Source of the DNA: a virus
Lineage: Duplodnaviria > Caudoviricetes
IMG/VR virus record: IMGVR_UViG_3300017700_000537
Coordinates: 1-64,000 of that record
DNA: 64,000 nucleotides
Reading direction: 5' to 3' (one strand)
The notes under the pieces are model-generated. The model was not told the origin of the DNA and ran no database searches. It saw only the letters and a list, made by a program, of their open reading frames with translations. The translations under genes and the position numbers were made by a program. This document shows positions 55,922-64,000 of the stretch, one piece after another; positions within the stretch are counted from its first letter, which is position 1; each line of letters starts with the position of its first letter.

Positions 55922-56358
55922 TTATTTGCCGGGATTTTTACATAAGGGGTAAACAATAGCCACCAATCCATCCGCTCCAATTTGTATTGCATGAACCCGG
56001 CGAATGTCGGAGTTCGTCTTTCTGTCAATACTTCACTGCCTGTGTACCCTTGATAAAATCCTGGGTCAATTCCCGGTAATTGGTATATTTCCTTGCCGCC
56101 TATCAAATAAACGGCATATTCAGTCTGGATAGAGTCAAGGTAGCATTCTATCTTATACCCACACCACTCCCCAAGTCCCCTGAATTTTGCCATTTCTGCC
56201 GGGGAGTAGTTAGCATCTGTGCGATAATAGTCCCACTGCTCCCACACGTAGTTGTATTGGCGATATAGTGAATCCCTGTCTTCAAATTGCCACTCCGAGT
56301 ATTGAGCCTGGCAGGTTAATGTGAAAAACAGCGCAATGATTGTGAAAAGATTTTTCAT
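55918..56358 (-). CDS. Exported protein (signal peptide followed by Gln)
   Basis: MKNLFTIIALFFTLTCQA-Q. Confidence 0.7.
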   Translation of the reverse strand: MKNLFTIIALFFTLTCQAQYSEWQFEDRDSLYRQYNYVWEQWDYYRTDANYSPAEMAKFRGLGEWCGYKIECYLDSIQTEYAVYLIGGKEIYQLPGIDPGFYQGYTGSEVLTERRTPTFAGFMQYKLERMDWWLLFTPYVKIPANK

Positions 56359-56370
56359 TGTTGGAAATTA

Positions 56371-56802
56371 TTATTGTTTGATAAATTCAGAATCTTCCCA
56401 TTCGTCGGCTTCGGTGACTACCTCGACCTTTCGTTCCTGCTTCTTCTTTTCGGTTTTCAATACCAATGGTATCTGTTCGGCAGTACGCAGGTCATAAAGC
56501 CCAATCAATTCACCTTCATTTAGCCTCACTTTTTTCACCTTGTCGTCCGACATGCCCCATTCTGGACTGTTCAGCCAATCGAAAGCAGCTTGTTCAGATT
56601 CAAAAAGTGCGGTCTTTGTTTCCCACCTCCTTGATGGTGAGGCAAGCCCGCCACTTATCCGTGTATAAGATTCTAATGTTTGGTAGATGACAAGATGTGT
56701 GTAGTGCCTTTCTGGTTTATCTGGTGATTCACCAAGCCAGATTTGCGCTGAAAGATTTAACCCAAAAAACAGTAACGCCAAAATCGTCATTAATTTTTTC
56801 AT
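56371..56802 (-). CDS. Exported protein (signal peptide followed by Gln)
   Basis: Likely start MKKLMTILALLFFGLNLSA-Q at 56802. Confidence 0.7.
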   Translation of the reverse strand: MKKLMTILALLFFGLNLSAQIWLGESPDKPERHYTHLVIYQTLESYTRISGGLASPSRRWETKTALFESEQAAFDWLNSPEWGMSDDKVKKVRLNEGELIGLYDLRTAEQIPLVLKTEKKKQERKVEVVTEADEWEDSEFIKQ

Positions 56803-56906
56803 CGTTTCTTTTTTAGATTCCTGTTCGCCTTCCAAATTAACAACTCTAGCCGGATTTTACCGGCAATCGAGTCGAATATTTTGAAAAGAATTGAGAAGAA
56901 TTTCAT
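56799..56906 (-). CDS. 35-aa amphipathic cationic peptide, copy B
   Basis: MKFFSILFKIFDSIAGKIRLELLIWKANRNLKKKR; -7 element TAGATTTG (minus strand, 56950-56957) upstream. Confidence 0.7.
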   Translation of the reverse strand: MKFFSILFKIFDSIAGKIRLELLIWKANRNLKKKR

Positions 56907-57003
56907 TTTTAATTTGTTTCTTTCATTTATTCAATTCATCTTTGTGCTGCAAATCTAAGGGAGTTATTTTTAACAAACAAGTTTTTACTAAATAATTATT
57001 TTC

Positions 57004-57579
57004 ATGGCGTTGAAAAACTTTGATGAGATGTATAGATTGGACATCTCGGATTTGACCAAAAAGGTTGACGGGTTCGATTACCTGAGCTGGCTGGACTGCG
57101 AAATGTCATTGAGGGCGGCAGGTGCGGAACACATCTCCTATGATTGCAAGAAGGTAATTTGGACTCCCGGCGGCAAGTATGCGCTAGTGAAAGTCTGGGT
57201 GAAGATAGATGGCATCAAGCATTCCATCACGCATCCAGTGGCGAACGGTGACACAGCGATAGAGAACCCAACTTCTAGCCAAATAGCATTTGCCATCCAG
57301 AGGGCATTTGTGAAGTGTGTGGCGATATTCTGGGGCCTTGGACTGTCACTGTGGAAGGGAGTTGATACGGATGTGGTGAGTTCACCAAAAGACACCAGCC
57401 TAGCTATCAAAATACCCATCGAGTTTGGCAAGGCAGTTCCGCACCTCGGGACTGCTGACGAGGTACACGAAAGGATAGGCACTACGAAAGCCTCCCTCTC
57501 CAAGGTAATCTCGGAAGGAACAGACGCTGAGCGCCAAGAAATCCTGGCAAAAATCCTCGAAATCACCACTGCATTTTGA
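57004..57579 (+). CDS. Sak/Rad52-like single-strand annealing protein (DUF1071-like)
   Basis: GFDYLSW...QRAFVKCVAIFWGLGLSLW. Confidence 0.75.
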   Translation: MALKNFDEMYRLDISDLTKKVDGFDYLSWLDCEMSLRAAGAEHISYDCKKVIWTPGGKYALVKVWVKIDGIKHSITHPVANGDTAIENPTSSQIAFAIQRAFVKCVAIFWGLGLSLWKGVDTDVVSSPKDTSLAIKIPIEFGKAVPHLGTADEVHERIGTTKASLSKVISEGTDAERQEILAKILEITTAF

Positions 57580-58208
57580 TAGGCACCGAACGGGAAATAC
57601 AAGGGTATATCGGAGGCAGCGATGCCGTCCGTGTCCACGGTTCGTGGGAGACTGCCACGTTCCAGAAGTTCTGGCGGGAGCGGCTGACAGGGTTTAGGGA
57701 GTCACAGAACTTCGACACCATCCACACGTCGGCGGGGAACATCATGGAAGCGGAGATATTGAGGGCTGTCGGAATCCCGGAAATAAGCTGGAACGTGTAC
57801 TTTAAGCCATCAAAGACAATCGCTGGCATCAACACGGATGCGTTCTATTCTGGGGTGTACCACGAAATCAAGACAGTGCTGTGGGATACCGGCTCGAAGT
57901 GGATAATCGGCGGAGCAATCTCGGCAAACTACATCTACCAGATTCAGCACGGATTGCTCGTAACCGAGGCGGACGAAGCCAAGCTGCACATCTGCCTGAT
58001 GACCGAGGAGGAGAAGTACAACCCGTTCTCTATAAACGACGTTTCTAGCCGTGTGCACACGTTTTCGTTCAACAGGCCGTACTTCGACACCACTAAGACG
58101 ACTATGGCGCAGTACGGCGCTCTCATAGAGCATCTGACGCAATGCTACCGCAATGGTGTGTTTCCGACAGATGCGAAAAGGAAGGAAATCATTAATTCAT
58201 TTTCATAA
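57576..58208 (+). CDS. YqaJ/lambda-exonuclease-like protein
   Basis: YIGGSDA, GNIMEAEIL, NTDAF, HEIKT, YQIQHGL. Confidence 0.75.
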   Translation: MIGTEREIQGYIGGSDAVRVHGSWETATFQKFWRERLTGFRESQNFDTIHTSAGNIMEAEILRAVGIPEISWNVYFKPSKTIAGINTDAFYSGVYHEIKTVLWDTGSKWIIGGAISANYIYQIQHGLLVTEADEAKLHICLMTEEEKYNPFSINDVSSRVHTFSFNRPYFDTTKTTMAQYGALIEHLTQCYRNGVFPTDAKRKEIINSFS

Positions 58209-58223
58209 TTAAACTTTAATTTT

Positions 58224-58952
58224 ATGGCCTTACGAGAAAGAGAGGATTCGATGACCTACGTTGGCGTTTACGACGGCAAACTGGAGGTCAGGGTGGACAA
58301 AAAGACACCCGGCGCTATTGAGCGTGAAAAAACAAAAGCTGGCAAGGCGACAGGTGATGTCATCCATGTCAAGAACTATGGGTCACTGGAGGGGACCATC
58401 AAGGACATTAAAAAGGATGTCAAGGAATTCCCTGACGGCACAAAGTTCTCGTCGCTCAAGATTTTCATCGACGACATGGGCGACAAGTATGTACTGAACT
58501 GGCCGTACAACTCCGACCTGACCACGGCGTTCAATTCTATGGTCGAGAACATCGACCTGGATTCTCCGCTGGAGTTTTCGGTCGGGAAGGGAAAGAACAA
58601 GAAAGGCAAGGAGAAAACCTCACTATTCCTGAAGCAGAACGGCGCAAACATCAAGTGGAGGTACACAAGAGAGTACCAGTACGCCGATGGCGAGGAGAGG
58701 AAGCCGGAATGGGAACAGGTGATGCGGAAGGGCGAGCTTGAGTGGGACAACAGCAAGGAAATTATCTTCTTTGAGAAAATCTTGAAAGAGAAAATCATCC
58801 CGAAGCTACGCAACAAATCTGCCGCCACCTCACGGATGCCCGCCTCGCAAGAAAGCCTCGTGCAAGATGATGGCTGGATACCGGATGCAAGCCACATGCC
58901 TGCCGAGCCGGACGAAGTGAAGCCGCCGGATGATTCGGATTTGCCATTCTGA
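58224..58952 (+). CDS. Phage single-stranded DNA-binding protein
   Basis: Acidic tail DDSDLPF; third gene of the recombination module. Confidence 0.7.
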   Translation: MALREREDSMTYVGVYDGKLEVRVDKKTPGAIEREKTKAGKATGDVIHVKNYGSLEGTIKDIKKDVKEFPDGTKFSSLKIFIDDMGDKYVLNWPYNSDLTTAFNSMVENIDLDSPLEFSVGKGKNKKGKEKTSLFLKQNGANIKWRYTREYQYADGEERKPEWEQVMRKGELEWDNSKEIIFFEKILKEKIIPKLRNKSAATSRMPASQESLVQDDGWIPDASHMPAEPDEVKPPDDSDLPF

Positions 58953-58985
58953 CATTGATTTTACAGAAGTGTAGTTTTCATAGTG

Positions 58986-59015
58986 AGGGTCGAGGAGAAA
59001 TCTTCGGCCTTTTTT
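58986..59015 (+). terminator. Intrinsic terminator after the SSB gene
   Basis: AGGGTCGAGGA-GAAA-TCTTCGGCCT then a T-run. Confidence 0.75.
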
Positions 59016-59083
59016 ATTTTACACTTGTTTTATTCATTTATTTAGTACATCTTTGCATCTCACAATGATAGTTGGACACGGTG

Positions 59084-59137
59084 CCACCGGCGTTGAAAAT
59101 GGAGAACACTAGACTAGACGCCGGTGGAGCTTTTTTT
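59084..59137 (+). terminator. Promoter-proximal hairpin/attenuator
   Basis: CCACCGGCGT/ACGCCGGTGG perfect 10-bp stem, 24-nt loop, then T7; just downstream of a CATCTTTGCA -7-like element. Confidence 0.45.
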
Positions 59138-59327
59138 GAAGAAGATTATGGAAAGTATCGAAGAAGCAAATCAAGAGCTTTCAGCCATGCACAATGCAGA
59201 GCTTGGATTCTTCATAATTGATGGTAAAATGACTTGGAGCGATTATTTTAGCTACTGGACATTGCAAGATGAAATTGATTTTATAATTGACTCTTTTCTC
59301 TAAAAAATCTCGGCAAAAACGAATAAA

Positions 59328-59498
59328 ATGGCTAAAGTAAAGTGCATGAAATGCGGGAAGCGCCCCGCCACAATCAACAATATCTGCCTGACCTGCGACA
59401 CCCTGTGGGACGTAAAAAAGGTTGAGATAAAGGAGAAGAAGGGCCGGAAGTGGAAATGGAAGGACTTCTACAAATGGGTGATGAAAAAAAGTTATTAA
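59328..59498 (+). CDS. Small CxxC...CxxC zinc-finger-like protein
   Basis: Hand translation: MAKVKCMKCGKRPATINNICLTCDTLW... Confidence 0.5.
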   Translation: MAKVKCMKCGKRPATINNICLTCDTLWDVKKVEIKEKKGRKWKWKDFYKWVMKKSY

Positions 59499-59501
59499 CA
59501 A

Positions 59502-59708
59502 TTGTTGAAAATGCACCAACCCAGCACATTCATCGACTCCTTCTGCCAGACGCTTCCCGACAGGCACAACCTGCTGGCATGGAACGCAATCATGTACAGG
59601 GATGGAGAGGTGTTTTTGCACCCAGAAGGGCTGATGTACCAAATCCTGCTGTTCGACCACGGGAGTGTTTTCCCGCAGCATCATGTGATGGTGATTGGGT
59701 TGAATTGA
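59502..59708 (+). CDS. Small hypothetical protein
   Basis: 68-aa ORF. Confidence 0.45.
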   Translation: MLKMHQPSTFIDSFCQTLPDRHNLLAWNAIMYRDGEVFLHPEGLMYQILLFDHGSVFPQHHVMVIGLN

Positions 59709-59724
59709 GAAAAATAAACTAAGG

Positions 59725-59943
59725 ATGAAAATAAACCCAGCACTTATTTTGAACTCACTAAGATGGGATGTTGACTCATTGGTGTATTTATATGAGTATG
59801 ACTCCTATGGGTGGCTCGGCCCGTGTTTTGATAAAAACGGCAATCGGAATGGAATCACTCGTTGCTGTGAGTATGATTACGAATGTCAACACCACAAAGA
59901 ACTTAGGGGAAAACTTGAAGCGCAAAATACAATCAACAATTAA
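59725..59943 (+). CDS. Small hypothetical protein
   Basis: 72-aa ORF after an A-rich leader. Confidence 0.45.
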   Translation: MKINPALILNSLRWDVDSLVYLYEYDSYGWLGPCFDKNGNRNGITRCCEYDYECQHHKELRGKLEAQNTINN

Positions 59944-59955
59944 AAAAAAACAAAA

Positions 59956-60276
59956 ATGACCTTAATCTGGATTTTGCTAATCATCAACGCCTATTACTTT
60001 GGCCGTGCATGGGACGAAATGCCAAGCAGACCATTCAAGAAGGACGACATCTTTTTCTTTCTCATCCCGTTCATCGGATTCCTGTTTATTTTCATCTTGG
60101 CATGGATCGCGCTTGACAAGAAGTTCCGCATAGTGACACACTTGCAGGCGTACACCACAAGGGTATCGCCAGAAGACCTCGAAAAACTGATAGCGAGATA
60201 CAAGAGGGGCAAAAACAAGGATATTGCTATATTCTTGCGGGTGAATGGGGTGGATGTAAAAAATCTCGGCAGATAA
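59956..60276 (+). CDS. Small membrane protein
   Basis: Two hydrophobic segments. Confidence 0.55.
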   Translation: MTLIWILLIINAYYFGRAWDEMPSRPFKKDDIFFFLIPFIGFLFIFILAWIALDKKFRIVTHLQAYTTRVSPEDLEKLIARYKRGKNKDIAIFLRVNGVDVKNLGR

Positions 60277-60288
60277 AAATAAAATAAA

Positions 60289-60561
60289 ATGGGTATCAAA
60301 AAAGTAGCAAGTCCAGTAAACAAAGCCAAGAATCTGTTCTTAAAGTGGCTAAAGGACAGGGAAGCGACATACATTGAGGAGTTCGAAGGAGAGAATGACG
60401 GAGAATGGGATTATTACAGGCATGTGGATGGTTTTATAGGTGACAGGCTATACGTGGCCTGTTTTCACGTCTGGCGTGGCAAGGTTTCGATTGACTACTC
60501 TGATGAAGAAAATAGGTACAATGGCATGAGCGTAGAAGAATTCTTACAGTTGATTTCTTGA
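60289..60561 (+). CDS. Hypothetical protein
   Basis: 90-aa ORF. Confidence 0.6.
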   Translation: MGIKKVASPVNKAKNLFLKWLKDREATYIEEFEGENDGEWDYYRHVDGFIGDRLYVACFHVWRGKVSIDYSDEENRYNGMSVEEFLQLIS

Positions 60562-60620
60562 AAAATCTCGGCAAACAATAAAGTTTTTCCGAGATTTTTT
60601 GGAATAACGGAAGAAGGTTG

Positions 60621-60837
60621 TAGATTTGTGAATCGTTAAGACGGTCGAAGGGGGTGACGCCCTGGGTGGAAATCTGAACAGAAAAGAAAATATTGATGTA
60701 AGTTTCATCGAAGAAGCCTCATCATTGAGTATCGGGAAGGTGTGTAGTGGTTTTCCATTTCATACTTTTCTGTTCAGCCCGGCTGCCTGTCACGCAGCCC
60801 ACACCGCCTGATACTCAATGCTGAGGCTTTTTTTATG
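60621..60837 (+). ncRNA. Structured leader / antisense-switch-like RNA with crossing stems
   Basis: -7 element TAGATTTG at 60621; 60674-60686 pairs with 60765-60777 (13 bp); 60714-60733 pairs with 60810-60829 (19/20); T-run follows. Confidence 0.6.
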
Positions 60838-60847
60838 TCCATGAACG

Positions 60848-61654
60848 ATGGCCAAGTCAAAGATTAATCAACTAAAACTTCTGCTGTCAAAAGACGGAAG
60901 AAGTTTTATAGACCCAACTACGAAGAAAGAAATACCTCATGTTCGGATGTTCCCACTCAACACAAGGTATGCTGTAAATGTTAGCGGGATGATTTACGAC
61001 TCATTCTCTAGTTATGAATTGGTGAATCAATACAAGGTGGATGGTCATTATTTTGTGGACATAGAGTTTAAGGGTAAGCCGGGTGGAATCCCGTTTCTTG
61101 CCGGAGAGGTTGTATTGTCAACATTCAACGACAAGTATCTAGTAGGAGATAAATTCACTTACAATACTTCTTCGAGAAAATGCTGCCTAAAAAATCTAAA
61201 GCACCTCCCTGCTGGCAAGACCAAAAACTACTCTCAGGTAGAGCTATCTAACTGGGATTGCCAAAACAAGGCGAATTATGCGAACAATAGGGTTCTTGGC
61301 ATTAGTGCGACTAATTTCTCAATAACACAGCACGATGTATTTGATTGTCTGCAAAGGGCTTCGTTCAGGTGTGCCTATTGTGGGGAATCACTTTTTGGCC
61401 AGAAATGGCACCTTGACCACATAAACCCAATAAGTAAAAGAGGTGCGAATGACAGGATGAACATAACGCCTGCCTGTGTAGATTGCAACCTGATGAAGCA
61501 CAGCATGAATGTTGATAGCTTTTTTGCAAAAATACAGAAGATTGTAAAAAACATTAATTTAAGAAACACTGGCAGGTATGAACTCTTGAATTTGGATGGA
61601 GATGTAGATGCTTCATTCAACAGGGTGTATCTAATTCCTTCTGAAATACTATAA
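60848..61654 (+). CDS. HNH endonuclease-domain protein
   Basis: CAYCG...HLDHINPISKRGANDRMNITPACVDCNLMK. Confidence 0.85.
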   Translation: MAKSKINQLKLLLSKDGRSFIDPTTKKEIPHVRMFPLNTRYAVNVSGMIYDSFSSYELVNQYKVDGHYFVDIEFKGKPGGIPFLAGEVVLSTFNDKYLVGDKFTYNTSSRKCCLKNLKHLPAGKTKNYSQVELSNWDCQNKANYANNRVLGISATNFSITQHDVFDCLQRASFRCAYCGESLFGQKWHLDHINPISKRGANDRMNITPACVDCNLMKHSMNVDSFFAKIQKIVKNINLRNTGRYELLNLDGDVDASFNRVYLIPSEIL

Positions 61655-61656
61655 CT

Positions 61657-61800
61657 ATGCAAGAACTTGATTTCTTCCGAGATTTTTCAGTCTCAAATCC
61701 CATCCTCATGCAGGGCGACTGCCTTGAGCTTATGAAATCCATCCCAGATGAAAATATGCTATCGGATATTTGTGTTGCATATCTCAATGTAATACCATAG
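61657..61800 (+). pseudogene. Orphan N-terminal fragment of a DNA methyltransferase
   Basis: MQELDFFRDFSVSNPILMQGDCLELMKSIPDE, then diverges and stops. Confidence 0.6.
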
Positions 61801-61809
61801 ATTTGTGGC

Positions 61810-62331
61810 ATGAAAAATAAATTACGAGTTTTTACAAAGGAGCACAGAGAGAAGATAGGTAACTCAAGAAGGGCTTGGGTGGCTAATGGCGGTATTCCTT
61901 ACAATAAGGGTTTAAAAACATCCGAAAGAACTGATGGGCGGCGGCTACTATTATTGAACATGAAGGCCCACTTAAAGTACGAAGTTACGTTAGAGTGGCT
62001 TAACCAGTTTGATAATATAGAAAAACTGAAGTACCTTAACAAGTCTATATCAAGGAAGCGAGACTACCTCGGTTTTGACACGGAAATTTATAAGGCATTT
62101 ATCGAAAAGTTTTATTTTGATAAAAATTTCAATAGACTATTTGACGAATGGATTTCTACTGGAGACAAATGGATAAAGCCATCACTTGATCATATTGTTC
62201 CAAAAAGTTCTGGCGGTGTACTAATGATTGAAAATTTAAGATTTATTAGTTGGCTGGAGAATAGGTCTAAATCCGATATTCCAGAAAACGAATGGGTCTT
62301 GATAAAAAATAGAATTAATGAATATTTTTAA
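61810..62331 (+). CDS. NUMOD3/HNH-type homing endonuclease
   Basis: TKEHREKIG, PYNKG, KPSLDHIVPKSSGG..IENLRFISWLENRSK. Confidence 0.75.
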   Translation: MKNKLRVFTKEHREKIGNSRRAWVANGGIPYNKGLKTSERTDGRRLLLLNMKAHLKYEVTLEWLNQFDNIEKLKYLNKSISRKRDYLGFDTEIYKAFIEKFYFDKNFNRLFDEWISTGDKWIKPSLDHIVPKSSGGVLMIENLRFISWLENRSKSDIPENEWVLIKNRINEYF

Positions 62332-63106
62332 CAATTTAGACGAGGTTGCAAGCGTGGGGCTGCTTCCTGTAAATAGCCTAATCAATGCGGAATGCCTCGC
62401 TGCTATGAGTTTTATTGCAGACAACAGCATTGATATGATTTGTTGCGATCTCCCTTATGGCACGACAATTTGCAAGTGGGACGCAATAATCCCATTCGAG
62501 CCACTTTGGGAGCAATACGGAAGGATATGCAAACCAAATGCCGCAATAGTCCTGACCGCTTCACAGCCATTCACGTCAGCTTTGATTATGAGCAAGCCAA
62601 AATGGTTTAGGCACGAATGGATTTGGCAGAAAAACAGGGGCAGCAACTTTGCGCTCCTGAAATGGCAGCCATTCAAGGAGCATGAAAGTGTTTTGGTTTT
62701 TAGCAAGGATACGGCCAAGTATTACCCGATAAAAGAAGAAAGGAGTGAAAGTGGTAAAAGCCGATGCGCCTACACCTTCCATAACAAAGTCACAAGTGGG
62801 GTGATAAATAATGAAACATTCTACAATCAGGATGGAGACAGGAGGAAATTGGATGAAGGATTAAGAAATCCAAGTAGCATACAAAAGTTCAATACAGAAG
62901 TCGGCCTACACCCCACCCAAAAGCCCGTCGCCCTCTGCGAGTACTTAATCAAAACCTACACCAATGAGGGCGAAACGGTCCTGGATAATTGCATGGGCAG
63001 CGGCACCACAGGTGTTGCAGCGAAAAATCTCGGCAGAAACTTCATCGGCATCGAAAAGGACGAAACATATTTCAAAACAGCATCCGCGAGGGTGGCAAAA
63101 GCGTGA
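62318..63106 (+). CDS. N6-adenine/N4-cytosine DNA methyltransferase (beta class)
   Basis: CDLPYG, HPTQKPVAL, VLDNCMGSGTT, FIGIEKD. Confidence 0.9.
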   Translation: MNIFNNLDEVASVGLLPVNSLINAECLAAMSFIADNSIDMICCDLPYGTTICKWDAIIPFEPLWEQYGRICKPNAAIVLTASQPFTSALIMSKPKWFRHEWIWQKNRGSNFALLKWQPFKEHESVLVFSKDTAKYYPIKEERSESGKSRCAYTFHNKVTSGVINNETFYNQDGDRRKLDEGLRNPSSIQKFNTEVGLHPTQKPVALCEYLIKTYTNEGETVLDNCMGSGTTGVAAKNLGRNFIGIEKDETYFKTASARVAKA

Positions 63107-63110
63107 GACC

Positions 63111-64000
63111 ATGAAAGAGTTTTCCTTTATCAAAACATCTCTTTGGTCGGATGAAACATTCCGCCAAATGTCCCCAGAGCAAAAGTTGATAATGCTCTAT
63201 CTCCTACAAGGCACTCAGACTAACTGGTGTGGCATCTTCAAGCTAAATGTATCTATGATGGGGTTCTTCCTTGGGCTAAGGGAAGATAACGTCCAGAACG
63301 CATTTCAGGCTTTCTTGAAGCAGTTTTCGGATTTAGTTTCCTACGATGAAACCACCTCTGAAATTGCCATACTGAATTGGGGAGCCATGAACATTGCGAA
63401 CATGAATGGCAAGTCGCTTGGAGTCGCAGAAAAAGAATTGAGGTCGGTCGAAAGTGACCAATTGATACTCAAAGTCATCACTCAAAGCAAGGCGTCTAGG
63501 ATAGTAGAATTTTACACATCCGGCTTAAATTCAATCCGAGCTACACGTAGAAATTTAGCAAAAAAACGGGAGGCCATAATTTCACAGCACCCCGACTTAA
63601 CTGACTGTGAATCAGATAGTTCTGGACAAATAGAAAATGAAATAGAAAATGAAATAGAAAAGATATATAGTCCAGCTATCGCTGAACAGCCCACATCCAC
63701 GCAAGCAATTGCTACCCAAGAAAAAGAAAAGTGTACCGATGTCCCCCCGCCGCCCGGCTTCGACGAAATCTGGAACCTGTATGGCCATAAGCAGCAAAAG
63801 GCTGACGCTATCAAGGCGTACAGGGCTATGAAGTCTCAGCCTGATAGGGATGCCCTCGTTGAAGCGATACCGGCATACCTCACCTTCCTTTCACTTCCAG
63901 ACAACTCTTTTCGGCAGAAGAAGCTGCTTGGCGCATTTATCAGGGGCCGGATGTGGGAGGATGATTTTAATGCCAGGAAGGTGGAGCAGCCCACCGGAAT
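63111..64000 (+). CDS. Phage replication initiator (lambda O / replisome organiser-like), truncated by the window end
   Basis: Hand translation (not in the ORF track): MKEFSFIKTSLWSDETFRQMSPEQKLIMLYLL...TNWCGIFKL...FDEIWNLYGHKQQKADAIKAY; open to base 64000. Confidence 0.75.
   Translation, partial: MKEFSFIKTSLWSDETFRQMSPEQKLIMLYLLQGTQTNWCGIFKLNVSMMGFFLGLREDNVQNAFQAFLKQFSDLVSYDETTSEIAILNWGAMNIANMNGKSLGVAEKELRSVESDQLILKVITQSKASRIVEFYTSGLNSIRATRRNLAKKREAIISQHPDLTDCESDSSGQIENEIENEIEKIYSPAIAEQPTSTQAIATQEKEKCTDVPPPPGFDEIWNLYGHKQQKADAIKAYRAMKSQPDRDALVEAIPAYLTFLSLPDNSFRQKKLLGAFIRGRMWEDDFNARKVEQPTG
63629..63663 (+). repeat. Tandem 12-bp repeats (iteron-like) inside the initiator gene
   Basis: AAATAGAAAATG x2 plus AAATAGAAAAG. 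Confidence 0.6.

Larger units (their letters stand above)
1803..63035. repeat. Dispersed ~15-bp motif AAAAAATCCCGGCAAA (variants TCTCGG, TCCAGG), both strands
   Basis: 17 exact AAAATCCCGGCA copies counted by eye (+ near 1803, 2698, 3659, 4585, 7645, 7843, 8192, 13015, 13526, 15325, 19106; - near 3163, 6158, 10204, 11443, 11988, 55925) plus about 15-20 variants. Confidence 0.95.

Noticed and set aside
59099-59303. Short overlapping ORFs after the SSB terminator
   Set aside because: Two competing frames of about 40-50 codons, neither clearly supported

Overview
The whole window is bacteriophage DNA; no host housekeeping genes, rRNA or CRISPR array were seen, and both ends fall inside phage ORFs. 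The host is very probably Bacteroidota, based on TAnnTTTG -7 promoters, A-rich leaders without Shine-Dalgarno sites, and signal peptides followed by Gln. Layout: (1) <1-7.9 kb, leftward early arm of small genes, a degenerate tRNA(CAT) and an A-family polymerase-like ORF that the ORF track missed; (2) about 7.9-9.1 kb, non-coding divergent control region with long palindromes and a G-quadruplex motif; (3) 9-17 kb, rightward regulatory and accessory genes (XRE HTHs, GIY-YIG, catalytic-only tyrosine recombinase, tandem GroES-like protein); (4) 17-51 kb, podovirus/crAss-like virion module (TerL, portal, scaffold, major capsid, tail proteins, ring proteins, muzzle, three ejection/cargo proteins); (5) 51-57 kb, lysis-like genes, a phosphoesterase, an HNH nuclease and exported small proteins; (6) 57-64 kb, Sak/exonuclease/SSB recombination module, HNH nucleases, a DNA methyltransferase and a lambda-O-like initiator. 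Three observations stand out: a six-gene glycan-building cassette (GT11 fucosyltransferase fusion, ABO-type GT6, GT2, Stealth-like, acetyltransferase, methyltransferase) inside the virion module; the adjacent tail-type proteins, which carry Sec signal peptides and many Bacteroidota O-glycosylation sequons; and a dispersed ~15-bp motif (AAAAAATCCCGGCAAA) present in dozens of copies on both strands, in both intergenic and coding DNA. All product calls are by-eye motif recognition; no database searches were run.
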